Below, piece after piece: positions 1 through 11,918 of a stretch of 64,000 nucleotides of DNA. The stretch's first letter is position 1, and each line of letters begins with the position of its first letter. Made by a program: the position numbers and the translations under genes. This DNA comes from Scyliorhinus canicula (Eukaryota), in assembly GCF_902713615.1 (NCBI RefSeq), contig NC_052171.1, positions 3,782,001-3,846,000 of the forward strand. The letters are read 5' to 3'. The notes under the pieces were generated by a model. It was not told the origin of the DNA. It saw only the letters and a list, made by a program, of their open reading frames with translations, and did not search any database.

Positions 1-863
1 ACAACTAGTTTCATCGTCCTTGGGTTACGAAGGGTATAATTCATCACTGGTTCCCGCTGCTGCTGATTATGCATGAACACTGCTGGCTAGACATGTGGAC
101 TTTGGACAAAAACAGGGCTGGGCTTCTCTATGATGCCTCTCATTGTTAACTTGCCTAAGAATGCTCATTGTCCTCTTCAGAGATGGCAAATTGGGAACTC
201 TAAGCCACGTGCGCTTCTTCTGTGGTGGATGTTTGGCCTTTTAAATGCTTCCTTTAAATCCTCTCCAGTCCATACACTGAGTTTCGGTTTACACAATGGC
301 TTCAGTTTTCCAGTCACAATTTGATTACAGCGTCTCTGGACTAGTGGCAGGGGCCAAACTGTGTCCGCCACACTCAGTCAGGTGAGCAGAGAATGTGATG
401 GGTTGTGACGATCCACCTGGTGGTTAGCCTGCTAACGATGATGATCTTGAGCTTGCACCTGAAGAATGGCCACGGGCTGAGGTGTCAAGAGCATACCTCT
501 CCACCTCTTCAAGGGAGCACAGCAAAAAACCTGGTGCTGAGACAATGAGCAGGTCAGTGCAGAAGGAAAGCAGTGATCATGGTGTGTGGCATTTGGGGCT
601 CTCTGCATGTGCCAACACTGTGTTTAATGTCCAGAAAGGAGAGATTTACAACATCTCTGCGTCACAGGCAGTTTTGTTTGGAATTCTCAGAACACAAGAG
701 ACATAAAAATATTTGGGCCAAGTGTTTGCCATATGTTATTGCATTTCATCACTTCAGTTAATATATTGAGGTTATAATGTATGCACACATTTTTTGCTAA
801 CTTTCCAGAATCAGTATCTTCTGTCCACATTGGTAATTAAAAGAACCTATGTAAAACTATGAT

Positions 864-1090
864 TAAAAATTTTTTTTTTAGATTACCCAATTATTTTTTT
901 CCAATTAAGGGGCAATTTAGGGTGGCCAATCCACCTACCCTGCACATCTTTGGGTTGTGGGGGTGAAACCCACACAGACACGGGGAAAATGTGCAAACTC
1001 CACACAGATAGTGACCCAGGGTTGGGATTCGAACCCAGGTCCTCAGCGCTGTGAGGCAGCAATGCTAACCACTGTGCCACATGCCGCTCG
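864..1090 (-). mobile_element. tRNA-derived V-SINE, short A-tailed HE1-related type
   Basis: Reverse complement has an A/B-box head (TGGCACAGTGGTTAGC...GGTTCGAATCCC), a V-domain core and an A-rich tail; flanked by TGTAAAACTATGAT at 850-863 and 1094-1107. Confidence 0.9.
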
Positions 1091-1107
1091 TTTTGTAAAA
1101 CTATGAT

Positions 1108-1359
1108 TTTTTATTTATTTTTTTTTTTTTATTTTTTTTTTAATAAATTTAGATTACCCAATTATTTTTTCCAATTAAGGGGCAATTTAGCGTGACCAAT
1201 CCACCTACTCTGCACATTTTTGGGTTGTGGGGGCGAAACCCACGCAGACACGGGGAGTATGTGCCAACTCCACACGGACAGTGACCCAGAGCCGGGATCG
1301 AACCTGGGACCTCAGCGCCGTGAGGCGGTTGTGCTAACCACTAGGCCACCGTGCTGCCC
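1108..1359 (-). mobile_element. tRNA-derived V-SINE, short A-tailed type
   Basis: Full head GGGCAGCACGGTGGCCTAGTGGTTAGC on the minus strand and a long poly(A); TSD TGTAAAACTATGAT at 1094-1107 / 1361-1374. Confidence 0.92.
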
Positions 1360-1740
1360 TTGTAAAACTATGATGACAGCCTTCTCCCAATGGACGGCGT
1401 AGATCACTGAAGGATGACAGCTTACTCTGGCCAATTATCTTCCAGTCTTCACCTCTTGGCTACAATTGGTTGTGACTTCCCAAGAGTCATTTGAACTTTG
1501 CCTGGTTTCAGACCGGCAATGGTCAATGAGGTGCAAAATGGGTTGGCAATTCACTGGCACCAACAGACACAGAGTCAAAATGAATCCTAGCCGAGGGCAC
1601 TACACAATTATGTTTTGTACTGGAAGGAGGCTTTTCGGGAATGAGGGCAGTCAAAGCCTAACACAGTCCAGATTTCAGTCCTACAATGGCCTCCAGAGTC
1701 AGTGGAAAGGAATAGCATTGGCATTGAAATATCCAAGTTT

Positions 1741-1969
1741 GGGCAACACGGCGGTGCAGTGGTTAGCACTGCTACCTCACGGCGCCAAGGTCCCAGGTTC
1801 AATCCCGGCTCTGGGTCACTGCCCGTGTGGAGTTTGCACATTTTCCCCTTGTTTGTGTGGGTTTCGCCCCCACAATGCAAAGATGTGCAGGGTAGGTTGG
1901 TTGGCCAAACTAAATTGCCCCTTAATTGGAAAAAATGAATTGGGTTCTCTAAATTTATTTAAAAAAAAA
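1741..1969 (+). mobile_element. V-SINE, short A-tailed type
   Basis: GGGCAACACGGCGGTGCAGTGGTTAGC head; 15-bp TSD GAAATATCCAAGTTT at 1726-1740 / 1970-1984. Confidence 0.92.
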
Positions 1970-2617
1970 GAAATATCCAAGTTTTCTTCACACACCAGTT
2001 TCATTTATTTTCCCAACTCGGGGCGGGAATGAAGAATGCGACCAAAGTATGATGAGGCCACTGAGAGTTGATAATTAAACGCAAAGGGAAGTAACAGCGA
2101 GCAGAGATCATTCAATGAGTACACTGTGGGGGTAGGAAGTCGAGGGAATGAAGGCTGCTCGCCAATTAAATTGTCACAATCGGAGGTAGATCCATTCCTG
2201 AGCTGGGGCAATGAACGTGAGGGAACTTGTCTTCTACTAAAAATCACACAAGGTGTGGGGGATGGGGGTGGGGGCGGGGGGGGGGGGGGGCGCTCTGGCG
2301 ATATGGGGTGGCTCCCTCCTGACAGCACGGGTGAGTTTAAAGCCCCTCATGCAGGGGAAGACTGCACTGTACTGTTGAACTGACAATGCTATGCAGGCTA
2401 AAACCACCAGCAGACCCCTGAGCTTTCTCGATCCCTTGGCTGCAGGCGATGCAAATTGTCTCCGACTTTTGGTAAATTTCCAAAGAAACTAAGTTCAGAT
2501 CAGAACTAAAGGTGAAAAACTGCAATTCAAAACCACTATTTTGTTTGCTCTTCTTCGTCTGTTACTAATCCACTGCTGGGTTTGTTAACTGTTTGCTGCA
2601 AGTTTCGATACTGAGTA

Positions 2618-3080
2618 TGTTTTGTTATGCTCTTGATGGAGCATAAGCTGCTTCCTTGATGTGCACTCCGACAAAGGAAGGTTCAGACTTGGAGATAGCT
2701 TTAACACGTTTATTGAACTGTTATCAATTCTCCTACTTTGATTCGACTCTCCTGTTAATCCTGCTGACGAACCAGTCTGCTACAATCCACATGGTGGGTG
2801 TGATGTGTTTCAAATCAACCCTGTGTACACACTGAGTGTCTCCACTGGAAAGAGGAAGATCATGTGTGCTGTGTCCTTTTATATGGGTTGGTGTAATGCC
2901 CTCCTGTGGTAGCGTCACCTCTGTGTGTGTCGTGAATGCCCATTGGTTGTGTCCTATCTAACTGGCCTATTGGTTGAATGTCTGTGTCATGATGTCTCTG
3001 GTGCTCCCTCTAGTGTCTATCTAATCTACATGTATTTACATTAACCCCTTGTGTATTTACAATGGATGCAGATCACCACA
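2618..3080 (-). mobile_element. Solo LTR (Gypsy-type)
   Basis: TGT...ACCACA termini; near-TSD GAGTA/GAGTG; AATAAA and TATA-like motifs on the minus strand; same GATCACCACA end as the LTR at 37867-38126. Confidence 0.75.
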
Positions 3081-3339
3081 GAGTGTTCAACCACGGAGGT
3101 TACACTGGAACCGAGCCCCAACTTCTTCCACATTCATGCAAACATACCGAGTCTCAGAGACTCTTAAAGCCTGAATGGAGACCATTCGCTCTATTGGGCC
3201 TGTGCTGGATAAAAGAGAACTAAATACAAAATGTTGATGTAACAATGTTTCCTCTGGCTGTTGATACTTACTTTCAAAGCTCACAAATGATGAGTGGTTC
3301 CTTCAGGATTGTAGTGTGCCCAAGGCTTGGTACATTGGC

Positions 3340-4040
3340 AAACAGTTGACATTCCCAGTGCAGTACTGCGGGTGTGCCACATTTCCAAAGGTGCTGTCTT
3401 TCAGGTGAGACATGAAACCGAGGCCCCACCTGCCCTCTTTGCTGGATGCAAAAGATCCCATGGCACAGTTCGAAGATGAACAGAGAGATACACTCTTACC
3501 TCCTTGCTGCAATTGTTCAAAAGCAGACTGTCTGTCATAATATGATGGTGCATAGACAGACACTGACTGACACACTGAATGACCAATCAACACACAGAAC
3601 ACAGCAGCCAATCGCCAGACAGGACATGGCCACTATGCAGCCTCTGAGACAGCCAGAGCCCGTGAACTGCAACACGAATATCCACCATGTGCTAGCAGGA
3701 TAGTCTGGTCAGGTTAGCCTCAGGTCTCCAGTCAACTCAAGATAGTATCAACCCAGAGTGCAAGTATGTGTAACAGCTCATAGTTCAATAAAATAGAGTT
3801 GCACTTCTACAAGTGTTGGAAGCCTGTCTCTCTCACTGCTATGGTAAACGCAGTCCTCGCAGACCCAGCGTACCCAACACATCACTGTCCAGTCACTATC
3901 ACATTGCTGTTTGCGGGAACTTTCTGTCTGCAAATTGGCTGCAGTGTTTCCTGCATCATAACAGTGACTGTACCTTAACAGTGCTTCACTGGCTGTGGGA
4001 CTGCCTCCGATGCAAAAGGTGCTATATAAATGTACCTTTT
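3340..4040 (+). mobile_element. SacSINE1/DeuSINE-like ancient SINE, split by a solo LTR
   Basis: Deu-domain-like CCCAGTGCAGTACTG...AAACCGAGGCCCC...AAAGATCCCATGGCAC, then the 3' part ATCACATTGCTGTTTG...GCTATATAAATG resuming after 3889. Confidence 0.75.
3533..3884 (+). mobile_element. Solo LTR
   Basis: TG...CA termini; perfect 5-bp TSD CTGTC (3528-3532 / 3885-3889); CCAAT boxes and AATAAA near 3787. Confidence 0.85.
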
Positions 4041-4359
4041 AGATAGAGAAGAGGAGAAAAGAGGACCAAAAAAACATTGGCGGTAAAAGGTCAATCTGAC
4101 AGTTCAGTTTAAGTTTTAATCAAAACGTCAAGGATCCTTTGTGCGCAGAGATAGATTCCTGGCAAGGGAGGAGCGACATTTAATCCAAAGCTTTGTTCTC
4201 TTCCAAACGTTGAGAGGCAACATCAAAAAAGTCAGATCAAAATTCAGAGCCCCAGCTTCACTGTCAGACCATTTAGGAAGGTTAAAGCTGCTGAATATTT
4301 AGTTGTCAGTTTTATATTTCTTAACTCAATTAGATGACTGATTAAAATTCACCAATACA

Positions 4360-4583
4360 GGGGCAGCACGGTGGCGCAGTGGGTAAGCCCGGCTGCTTCA
4401 CGGCGCCAAGGTCCCAGGTTCGATCCCGGCTCTGGGTCACTGTCTTGTGTGGAGTTTGCACATTCTCTCCGTGTCTGCGTGGGTTTCACCCCCACAACCC
4501 AAAGATGTGCAGGGTAGGTGGATTGACTGTGCTAAATTGCCCCTTAATTGGAAAAAATGAATTGGGTACTCTAAATTTATTTA
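4360..4583 (+). mobile_element. V-SINE, short A-tailed type
   Basis: GGGCAGCACGGTGGCGCAGTGG head; TSD AAAATTCACC(A/G)ATAC. Confidence 0.9.
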
Positions 4584-5483
4584 AAAATTCACCGATACTG
4601 AGAACGGTTTTCTGTAAAACAAGGTCTCGACCTTGGCTTGTGTCTTTCAAAGTCACTTATCAGTTACCAAGAATCTAACATCCATTATGGATTAATAAGT
4701 GATTAGCAGGAAGTGGACCTTTTCACGCTATTCCAAGGGTTGGGCTCCCAATGCTCTGATTAGGATCAGACTCTTCCTGTGTACAGAGCGGCCTTTCCCT
4801 GAATTTGACTGCTTTGACAAGATCTTACAGAGAGATAACTCCACGACATAAAACACTGAATAAGGAAAAAGCATTTTCCTCCGTCAAACCTGCTTCACCC
4901 ACAAATAAAATCCACTTTATCGTGGAGTTTATACAAGTGATACTCTGCCAGATTCTTCCATCATGGATAAGCAGATCAAGGATACTTGTATCTGGCATTG
5001 ACTGCCTGTATCCTTGACAGAACTTCCCCATGGTCATAATGAAAGACCATTTTCACATTTTCTTCCTTTCAGTCTTTTTGTTTCTGTATTTACTGGTGCC
5101 AATCATGGAAGTTGCCGCGAATGGGCATTCAGTCCATGTGCCATGGTCCGAGGTCTCTTCTGTCTTTATTCCATGCAAACGCTTGCTTCAGTCTCTTCTC
5201 CCATTCACGTGAGGGTGCCCCCAGCTGATGAGTTAGAAGGAGGAAGCAGCAGCCAATTGACGAATGAGCACCATCAGGATGGCTCTGTCACGTGGTTCCC
5301 AAGCTAAATAATCCTTTCAAAGCCTCCCCGATGGCCCGCTAAGCTGATCCTGTAGTTAGTGTCACATCAGTGCAGTTGTTGCAGGGTTCCTCGTCTTGCA
5401 GATGTAGCCACTTCTGGAGTGAAATGAGGGTTTGGTGAGAGGGGGACAAGGATCAGAAGCATGACATGTACCGTATCAGACAA

Positions 5484-5668
5484 GGACTGGAATTCTCCAG
5501 ATGGTGCGATTCTCTGTGCCCACTGGCAGTGCACCCATCCCCCCCCCCCCCCACCCGGGATTCCCAGTGGGTGGGATGGCTTCAACGGGAAGTCCCAGTG
5601 ACAAGCGGCAGGTGGAGAGAATCCCGCCGCCGGTGAACGGTGCGCTGTGGCACCGGAGAATCCAGTCC
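5484..5668. mobile_element. Short GC-rich TIR element (MITE-like)
   Basis: Termini GGACTGGAATTCTCC ... GGAGAATCCAGTCC; same terminal motif as 56155-56877. Confidence 0.6.
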
Positions 5669-6039
5669 AAGGGGTCCTGACTTGCCACTTATCACAATCT
5701 GCCCAAAGGAAGCCATCACCACACATTCCTGCGGCCAGACCAGATCTGGCACGGGGACAGCTGTATCAGTATTGTCAGAGGAGGAGGTACTTCCAGCCTT
5801 TATCCATTGGTCCCTTTCAGACCAGTGCAGGAGGTTCAAGTTTCACTTTGCATGTTTACGGGATGCGGGCAACTGAATCCCACCCCTAGTGGTCCTCGGA
5901 TGGTGGTGCAGACCTACACTTTGATGGCAGCGATTGCAGGGTGGCAGATGCAGTCAGTAAGAGTGGTTTCCTGGGCCCAGAACAGCAGACTGACAAAAAG
6001 CCAGGCAGTGTGCAGCTACTGACAAATGTGAACCTGGCG

Positions 6040-6235
6040 GGGGGAAAGCACTCAGCAGGGCAGGCAGCAAGTGTGCAGAGAGTTTGTGCTTCAGATAGAT
6101 GCAGAGACCAAGCTCGGGTTAATGTTTCAGCTCAATGTGTTTTCATCTCCAAAACAATGATGCACTCAAACTCTTTCTCTCTCTCCAGATCTCTTTGGCC
6201 TGCTGAACGTTGCCAGCATTTTCTGTCTCTTGAAT
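6040..6235. repeat. Degenerate palindromic shark repeat (Penelope-end/MER6-like)
   Basis: CACTCAGCAGGGCAGGCAGC ... GGCCTGCTGAACGTTGCCAGCATTTTCTG inverted arms; related sequence at about 35310-35385. Confidence 0.4.
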
Positions 6236-6535
6236 ATTCTGGGCTGCAATGCTGACTGGGCCATGGGGAGGACCTGCAGGGCATGAAGGAGTTTGTATCG
6301 AGTTTCGTAGCAGATGGTGTCATATCTTCAGTTTGCCAATGAGACACAAAGTTGTTCTTATATCTTGATGTGTGTCCTGGTTTGAGCATTCCCCAATGTG
6401 GACACTCCGAACATTCTGAACTGGTGACTCATTGGGGACAGTGACCAATGGCCAGACGTTGTCTCAATCATTAGCTCGCCAGTATGTTTGGAAGCTGAGG
6501 CTAGTCACCTGGCCAATTCTGCTTCCCACTCAGAG

Positions 6536-7897
6536 ATATAGAACATAGAACTTAGAACAGTACAGCACAGCACAGGCCCTTCAGCCCACGATGTTGTCCC
6601 CACCATTTATCCTAATCTAAGATCAACCTAACCTACACCCCTTTAATTTACTGCTGTCCGTGTGCTTGTCTAAGAGTCGCTTAAATGTCCCTAATGACTC
6701 TGACTCCACCACCACTGCTGGCAGTGCATTCCACACACCCACTACTCTCTGTGTAAAGAACCTACCCCTGACATCTCCCCTATACCTCCCTCCAATCACC
6801 TTAAAATTATGTCCCCTCGTGACAGCCATTTCCACCCTGGGGAAAAGTCTCTGGCTATCCACTCTATCCATGCCTCTCATCACCTTGTACACCTCTATCA
6901 AGTCACCTCTCTGCCTTCTTCGCTCTAGTGAGAAAAGCCCTAACTCCCTCAACCTTTCTTCATAAGACATGCCCTCCAGTCCAGGCAGCATCCTGGTAAA
7001 TCTCCTCTGTACCCTCTCCAAAGCATCCACATCCTTCCTATAATGAGACGACCAAAACTGGACACAATATTCCAAGTGTGGTCTAACTAGGGTTTTATAA
7101 AGCTGCAGGAAAACCTCGCGGCTCTTAAACGCAATCCCCCTGTTAATGAAAGCCAACACGCCATATGCCTTCTTAACAACCCTATCAACCTGGGTGGCGA
7201 CTTTGAGGGATCTCTGTATGTGGACCCCAAGATCCCTCTGTTCCTCCACACTTCCAAGAATCCTGCTTTTAACCCTCTATTCAGCATTCAAATTCAACCT
7301 TCCAAAATGAATTACTTCACATTTATCAAGGTTGAACTCCATCTGCCACATCTCAGCCCAGCTCTGCATCCTGTCAATGTCCTGTTGTAACCTGCAGCAA
7401 CCCTCAACACTATCTACAACTCCCCCAACCTTCGTGACATCGGCAAACTTACTAACCCACCCTTCCCCACTTCCTCATCCAAGTCATTTATAAAAACTAC
7501 AAACAGCAGAGGTCCCAGAACAGATCCCTGCGGGACACCACTGGTCACCGACCTCCAGGCGGAATACTTTCCATCCACTACCACTCGCTGTCTTCTTTCG
7601 GCCAGCCAATTCTGTATCCAGATAGCCAAATTTCCCTGTATTCCATGCCCCCTATCTTTCTGAATGAGCCTACCATGAGGGACCTTATCAAATGCCTCAC
7701 TGAAATCCATTTGCACCACATCCACTGCCCGACCTTCATCAATGTGTCTCGTCACATCCTCAAAGAATTCAATGAGGCTTGTGAGGCATGACCTGCCCCT
7801 CACAAAGCCATGCTGACTATCTTTAATCAAACTATGGTTTTCTAAATAATCATAAATCCTATCTCTCAGAATCCTTTCCAATATTTTGCTCACCACC
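6536..7897 (-). mobile_element. CR1-clade LINE (HER1-like), 5'-truncated, RT domain frameshifted
   Basis: ORFs 7414-7905 ([38 protein letters not shown]) and 6623-7249 (LYKTLVRPHLEYCVQFW, TRGHNFK); 3' tail of TTCTA(A/T)G repeats. Confidence 0.95.
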
Positions 7898-8434
7898 GAT
7901 TTCATAATCGCCGATCAGGTGGAGAATCCCTTTTTACGATGGAATCGGGGGCAGCGCCAGTTTTCACACGCTCCGCCCCCACCAAAACGGCGCCATCGAG
8001 GAATGCGCCACACGCCATTGAGACGGCCTCAGGACATCACCTGAGGCTCTCCCCCAATGCTCCGCCCCCGATGGGCCGAGTTCCCGACAGCACGGGGAAC
8101 GTGTGGTCTCAGTGGTCGTGAACCTGGCATGGCGGCCACAGACTGTATCCAGTGGTGCCACAGCTGGGCGGGAGCCACCCTCCTGGCCGGGTGGGTCTTC
8201 GGCGAGGACAATGGGGACTGGTGGGGGGCGGCCAGGGGTGGCGAGGGGTGTCCAGGGGGGGCACTATCTGGCAGATCGGGTAAATGCATGGCCAGCGCCA
8301 TGTTGTACACCCGGGCGTTTTACATGGCGCAGCTGCTGGCCCCTCAGCGTTTGAACGATCGGCGCTGGGGCGCCGCTGGTTTTTTCGACGTAAAACGCCT
8401 CCCGACATAGCCTGGAAATCGGGGAATCCAGCCC
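7897..8434. mobile_element. GC-rich TIR/hairpin element, left end missing
   Basis: CpG-rich block ending GGGGAATCCAGCCC with an internal GGAGAATCCC; related to 48370-48778. Confidence 0.55.
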
Positions 8435-9149
8435 GTGAGCTTTATTCTTTCAGCACAGCCAGGAACAAGTCAGTCACAGCTATTTCTTACTCCCCTATAT
8501 CTTCTCACTCACAACTCCTTCCTTTCCTCCACTGAATTGGTTCCCTGCCTTTTAACCTTGTTAGCTGGGAGTTGTTCCTGATTATCAGCAATTAAGGTCA
8601 ATGATTTCTCAAAGCTAAACTGCTTTACTTTGGTCATGCTGACATTTTATACAATTTCTTAAAACTTCAGTAGCAGATGCAAAGCTCCCATGAGGCTGTG
8701 GCTCATCTCCCATCCCTCGCTCCCTCTGCTACACCAGCTAGAACATTAAAGCACCATCACCAGTATTATCATAGGGTTTTCATTCAGGAACAAGGTGAGA
8801 CATGAGAAAGAATCGATCCGAACTAATGAACAGTGGGATAGAAATTCATCTCAGCTTGCTTCACAAAGCAGGTGGAATTGCATTTGCTACACATTGTACA
8901 CCCTGTCTGTTATTCCATTTGTCTCATGTTGTGCACTGTCCAAGGGCAAGTTCCTGTCCCCGTAGATTCTGACTGGCTGCACAGACAGTTAGAGAACAGT
9001 CAGATGTGAATCATTTCGGTGGGTGATGATGGGGGTCTTTGCCAGCCTGCAAATCTAACAGGCAGCGAGGCATTTATGACAAACTTAGCACAATATTGCT
9101 TTTGCGGTCAACACTGTCACCTAAGCTCCTTGGGTGCTTTATGGTCCCC

Positions 9150-10754
9150 AAGTCATCATCCAAGCCCTGGGCTTGGATCAAACATTGGGTATTAATGTTA
9201 GCAGCCTACGAATGCTCTTGAGCACTGCCCAGGAACACACATTGCAAACGCAGATGCCCTGAGTCACCTCCCTCTGCCCACAAGCTTGCCCCCCCCCCCC
9301 CTGCCAAGTCGCTATGTTGAACTTCCTGGAGACCATGCCAGTATCCGCAAAGCAGATTCAGACAAGAACGCAGAAGGACCCCACACTGACTAAATTGCAT
9401 CATACGATCCTCAGTGACCGAACCTGAGGACACTCCACGGACGACATGAAGCCCTTCCTCACTAAACGACAAGAGTTAAGTGTAGAAGATGGCATCATTC
9501 TGTGGGGAGCCCGAGTAATTGTTCCCCCACCCAGGTCGGCCAAAAACCATGACATAATTACACAATGGACACCCCAGGGTATCCACGATGAAAATGCTCA
9601 CATGGTGGCCTGGGCTCGATACAGACATCGAGAATCTGGTGCAGCAGTGCTCCTTGTGCCAGGGGAACTAGAAGGTCCCACCTTCAATCTCTTTGCACCC
9701 ATGGAATAGGCAGGAAGACCATGGCTACGGGTGTATGTGGACTTCGCTGGCCCCTTCTTGGGATTGATGTTCTTTATTATGGTCAACGCCCACTCAAAAT
9801 GGTTAGAAGTACATTGTATGTCTTTCATGACCTCTCATGGCATATCAGTGAACCTCATGTCCGATAATGGTAACTGCATTACCAGTGGGGAATTCCAGGC
9901 ACTCATGAAGCCGAACAGCATTAAACACATGTGAAGACGGCGTACCTTTCATCATCTAATAGCCTGGCCGAACGCACAGTTCAAACATTCAAAACCGGAA
10001 TGAAGAAACAACCTGCTGGTTCCCTGGATACAAAATTGGCCCGGCTCCTCTTTGATTATAGAGCCATGCCGCACACGATGACGGGAGTCACACCAGCGGA
10101 TTTGTTAATGGGACAATGACTGCGTCTCAGGCACAGCCTGCTGTTTTCCAACCTGGGATTGAAGTTGGGAGTCAAAGCAGGAGACCCCAAAAAGGAACTA
10201 CAACACAACAAGACCTGAAAGGACCTTCGGAACAGGAGATGCCACCCATGTGCAGATGGCTCCCAATGCATCCCACGAGTCGTGCTGGAAAAGACTGGTC
10301 CAGTTTCTCACAAAGTCAAAGTCCAAGGGAAGGCTGGGAAGAAACGCTTGGACCAACTGAGAAGCATGGAGCCCACTCCAGCCGAGACGGTTTCAGCAGA
10401 GACAACGTCCTTGATGCCCACTGTAAATAACTCCAGGCAAGGGGCCTCAGTCTATGGGGGGACCGAGAGTCATTTCTCCTGCCCCCCTCCCTCCACCGAC
10501 GATGAAGATTTGGAGTCTGAAATGGAGACTGAAGAGGTGGATCTTCCACTGGAGGCGAGCACCAAAGTTGAGCCTCCGACTGTGGGCCTTCGAAACAAGA
10601 AAGTGACAATCCCCAGTCTATTTCATGCACCCCCCATCACCCCGCCCCCGATCCGGCTCCACCTGCTGCCAATTTGAGGCCTTCTACCAAGCGGCCAAAG
10701 GGGCCTCACTGCCGCGGGAGTGAGGGGGATGATTTGGACTTGAGCGGGGAGGGA
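9150..10754 (+). pseudogene. Gypsy (Mag-like) pol remnant: RNase H end, integrase, PPT
   Basis: Translates across frameshifts to HWVLMLAAYE..IANADALSHLPLP, ELSVEDGIILWGARVIVP, YVDFAGPFLGLMFFIMVNAHSKWLEV and SNSLAERTVQTFK; purine tract GAGCGGGGAGGGA at 10742-10754. Confidence 0.85.
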
Positions 10755-11022
10755 TTTGAAAACCCTCATGAGGACCACAGGGGAAATCGCTGAAGGATCT
10801 CTCCGTGGGCTTTGTAGAATATGAGTTCCCGTGGTGAGCGGAGGGAGGCCCACCCACCTGGGCTCATTACCGGGACCTTTAACTGTAGCTCCAAGATCTG
10901 AATGGCAGCCCCCGATAGTCTGGGGCGGAGATGTTTGTGTTGTGTGTCTTGGTCGCGGCTTTATTTTCAGTTTAAAAGAAACCAGTTTGGCCTTTCACTC
11001 TGGGCCTCCTGGAATTATTACA
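10755..11022 (+). mobile_element. Degenerate LTR lying between integrase and gag
   Basis: Follows the PPT, resembles the LTR at 15361-15624, and ends ...ATTATTACA. Confidence 0.6.
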
Positions 11023-11918
11023 GACCCGTTCGACCAGGGGACCGCAGACTGCAGCCAGTATATTGGGTGGCTCTGTTACTTCTTCACGGCAAATAATATA
11101 ATGGGGAAGTTATACAGAATTTTATCCTATTAGCAATCTGTGGGCCAACAACCTACTATCGTAGAATAAATAGATATCCCCTGACACAAAATAATTTGAC
11201 CAGTTGGTGAAGCTGGTCTGAGAGCATTTCAACCCCAGACCCTCGATCATACTACAGCGATACATGTTCAACTCGGATGTCAGAGGGGCCCAGGAGAATC
11301 TATCTCCGCCTTCGTTGGTAGACTCTGGCAAATGGCTGAGCATTGTTAGTTTGGTGCAGCAGTCGGTGATATGCTGCGTGATTGTTTAGTATGCGGTATT
11401 AACAATGCAAGTGTGCAGGGCGATCGATACGGGGGGGGGGGGCGGGGGATCAGAGCTTCAAAGAGTGCAAGAGGGCGAGGTCAACCAGTTGTGGGGCAGT
11501 ATGGCCGCAGGGCATGCAGGCAGGTCGACAGGCACAGAGGAAGTTCTGCCATCATCCCAGGAACAGGATCGTATTCAGTGCCCAGGTGAGAAATTGGGCT
11601 GTCAGCCCAGAACTCAAGATGAAGGCTATTGATGCGGGGAGATCACCCCCCGCCCCAGAATCCTACCGCTGTTGAGAGTTTGTTTCTGGTGCAATAGGAA
11701 GGTCCATGTTCAGTTACATTGCCACGCCCATTAGAATGCACCAATTCAAAATAAGGCAGCACGTTATGGCTCCAGTAAACAAGGTGGAGAGGAATTCAGA
11801 CGAAAAACCTGCAACGTACTGATGAAAGGCGGTGAAAGTGTGCAAAACAGCCCCAGTGCTCACAATAAGTGGAAGATCACTAAGGGTGGATGTCTACACC
11901 GGGACATCAGCCACAGTT

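Noticed and set aside
1741-1812. tRNA genes at SINE heads
   Set aside because: A and B boxes are present but continue into SINE cores and tails with TSDs; no proper cloverleaf.
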